NCBI GenBank assembly: GCA_044350605.1 | Contig: JBILHF010000003.1 | Span: 3,401 to 67,400 of the forward strand | Length of the DNA stretch: 64,000 bases | Direction of reading: 5' to 3' | Source of the DNA: Opitutales bacterium | Lineage (GTDB): Bacteria > Verrucomicrobiota > Verrucomicrobiia > Opitutales > UBA953 | Shown: piece after piece, positions 62,911 to 64,000 of the stretch | Layout: the number at the start of each line of letters is the position of its first letter | Position numbering within the stretch: position 1 is the first letter of the stretch | Made by a program: the position numbers and the translations under genes | The notes under the pieces: model-generated | The model's database searches: none | The model's input: the letters and a program-made list of their open reading frames with translations, nothing else | What the model was told of the DNA's origin: nothing

Positions 62911-64000
62911 TCAGCCGCCGCCGGTCATCTTCGTGATGAGCGCGATGAGCGGGAGGAACATCGCGAGCACGATCGTGCCGACCACGACGGCGAGGAAGAC
63001 GATGAGGATCGGTTCGATGATGGAAGTCAGCGCGGTCACGGCGTTGTCGACTTCTTCGTCGTAGATGTCGGCGACGCGGTTGAGCATCTCGGGCAGCTGG
63101 CCGGTCTCTTCGCCGACCTGGATCATGGACGTCACCATCTGCGGGAAGACGCCGGACTGCTCGAGCGGCACCGACAGCGGCTCACCGTCGCGGACGCGGT
63201 CATGGACGCGCTCGAGCGATTTGGCGATGACGACGTTGTCGAGCGTATCGCGCGTGATCGTGATGGACTGCAGGATCGGGACGCCCGAGGCCATCAGCGT
63301 GCCGAAGGTGCGGGCGAAGCGGGAGACGGAGACGATCTGCACGAACGTGCCGACCTTCGGCAAGCGGAAGATCATCTTGTCGAAGAGTTCCTTGCCCTTT
63401 TCGGAGGCGAGCCAGCTCTTGAGACCGAAGTAGAGGCCGAAGATGGCGATCGGGGTGGCCCACCAGAATTCGGTGAGGAACCGCGAGATACCCACGACGA
63501 ACTGCGTCAGCGGAGGCATGGTCGTCTTCTGGCTGCTCAGCAGGTTCTGGAACGACGGCACGACCTTCACCATCAGGATGTAGACGATGATGACGGCGAC
63601 GGACATCACGACGCCCGGGTAGACCATCGCAGACTTGACCTTCTTCTGGATGCGCTCGGCCTTTTCGCGGAACTTCGCGAGACGGTCGAGGACCTTGTCC
63701 AGCACGCCGCCCGCCTCGCCGGCGCGCACCATGTTGACGAAGAGCTTGTCGAAGACCTTCGGGTGGGCCTGGAGGGCTTCCGAGAGGTTGTTACCCTGGG
63801 AGACGCTCTCGGCGATATTGGCGAGCACGGCCTTGAAGGCGGGGTTACGCTCCTGCTTGGTGATCAGCTCGAGCGCGCGGAGGAGCGGCAGGCCGGCGAT
63901 GATGAGCGTCGCCAGCTGGCGGGTCATCACGGTCACGTCGTTCTGCGTCACCTTCGAACCGAAGGAGAAGCCGGCCTTGGCCGGGGCGGCGGCCACCGCG
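62911..64000 (-). CDS. Type II secretion / type IV pilus platform protein (GspF/PilC family); the 5' end probably lies beyond the window
   Basis: The T2SSF domain occurs twice: MTRQLATLIIAGLPLLRALELI...MVRAGEAGG.LD..L and FARTFGTLMASGVPILQSI...MIQVGEETGQL...L. The frame is open to the window edge. The GTG at 63996 is an unlikely true start. Confidence 0.88.
   Translation of the reverse strand, partial: AVAAAPAKAGFSFGSKVTQNDVTVMTRQLATLIIAGLPLLRALELITKQERNPAFKAVLANIAESVSQGNNLSEALQAHPKVFDKLFVNMVRAGEAGGVLDKVLDRLAKFREKAERIQKKVKSAMVYPGVVMSVAVIIVYILMVKVVPSFQNLLSSQKTTMPPLTQFVVGISRFLTEFWWATPIAIFGLYFGLKSWLASEKGKELFDKMIFRLPKVGTFVQIVSVSRFARTFGTLMASGVPILQSITITRDTLDNVVIAKSLERVHDRVRDGEPLSVPLEQSGVFPQMVTSMIQVGEETGQLPEMLNRVADIYDEEVDNAVTALTSIIEPILIVFLAVVVGTIVLAMFLPLIALITKMTGGG

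Overview
This is a dense, high-GC (roughly two-thirds G+C by eye) bacterial chromosomal segment. I call about 60 protein genes and one tRNA. I saw no rRNA, CRISPR array, transposase, integrase or phage genes.

Most of the window is conserved housekeeping:
- Translation and RNA modification: pheST, rplT, rpmI, infC, rpsA, glyQS, rsmI, rpmF, rlmN.
- Amino-acid, cofactor and sugar metabolism: metX, pheA, ilvD, pgi, pdxA, rpe, thrCB, nadE.
- Envelope and lipid synthesis: lpxA, plsX, fabH.
- DNA repair and segregation: scpB, uvrB, mutL.

Several traits suggest a PVC-superphylum organism such as Verrucomicrobiota. These are a ~650-aa GreA, Shine-Dalgarno-poor C/A-rich leaders, many TPR proteins, an ExbB-ExbD-ExbD set, and a PilC/GspF gene at the window edge. 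This taxonomic guess is inference only.

Long ORFs antisense to recognised genes are GC-driven shadows and were rejected.

The regions I could not explain with known families are:
1. Three tandem paralogues at 58.4-62.4 kb encode a divergent vWA/MIDAS-like module. Two sit on a TonB/TolA-like SxxxH membrane anchor with a Gly-rich linker. The last one is tightly coupled to thioesterase, GT-C glycosyltransferase-like and leaderless ApbE genes.
2. A giant TPR/PKD protein, a second TPR-like protein and ExbB-ExbD-ExbD at 34.9-41.4 kb have no TonB gene nearby.
3. A secreted mini-protein at 25.0-25.3 kb is built from three near-identical EEKKDGKCPCEKEKPKA repeats and lies in a local GC trough.
4. An initiator-like tRNA-Met with atypical identity positions is followed by an AT-rich structured trailer.
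5. A MurU-AmgK-type fusion gene overlaps a Fur-family regulator gene.

All functional calls come from reading the translations and from motif knowledge. No database search was run.
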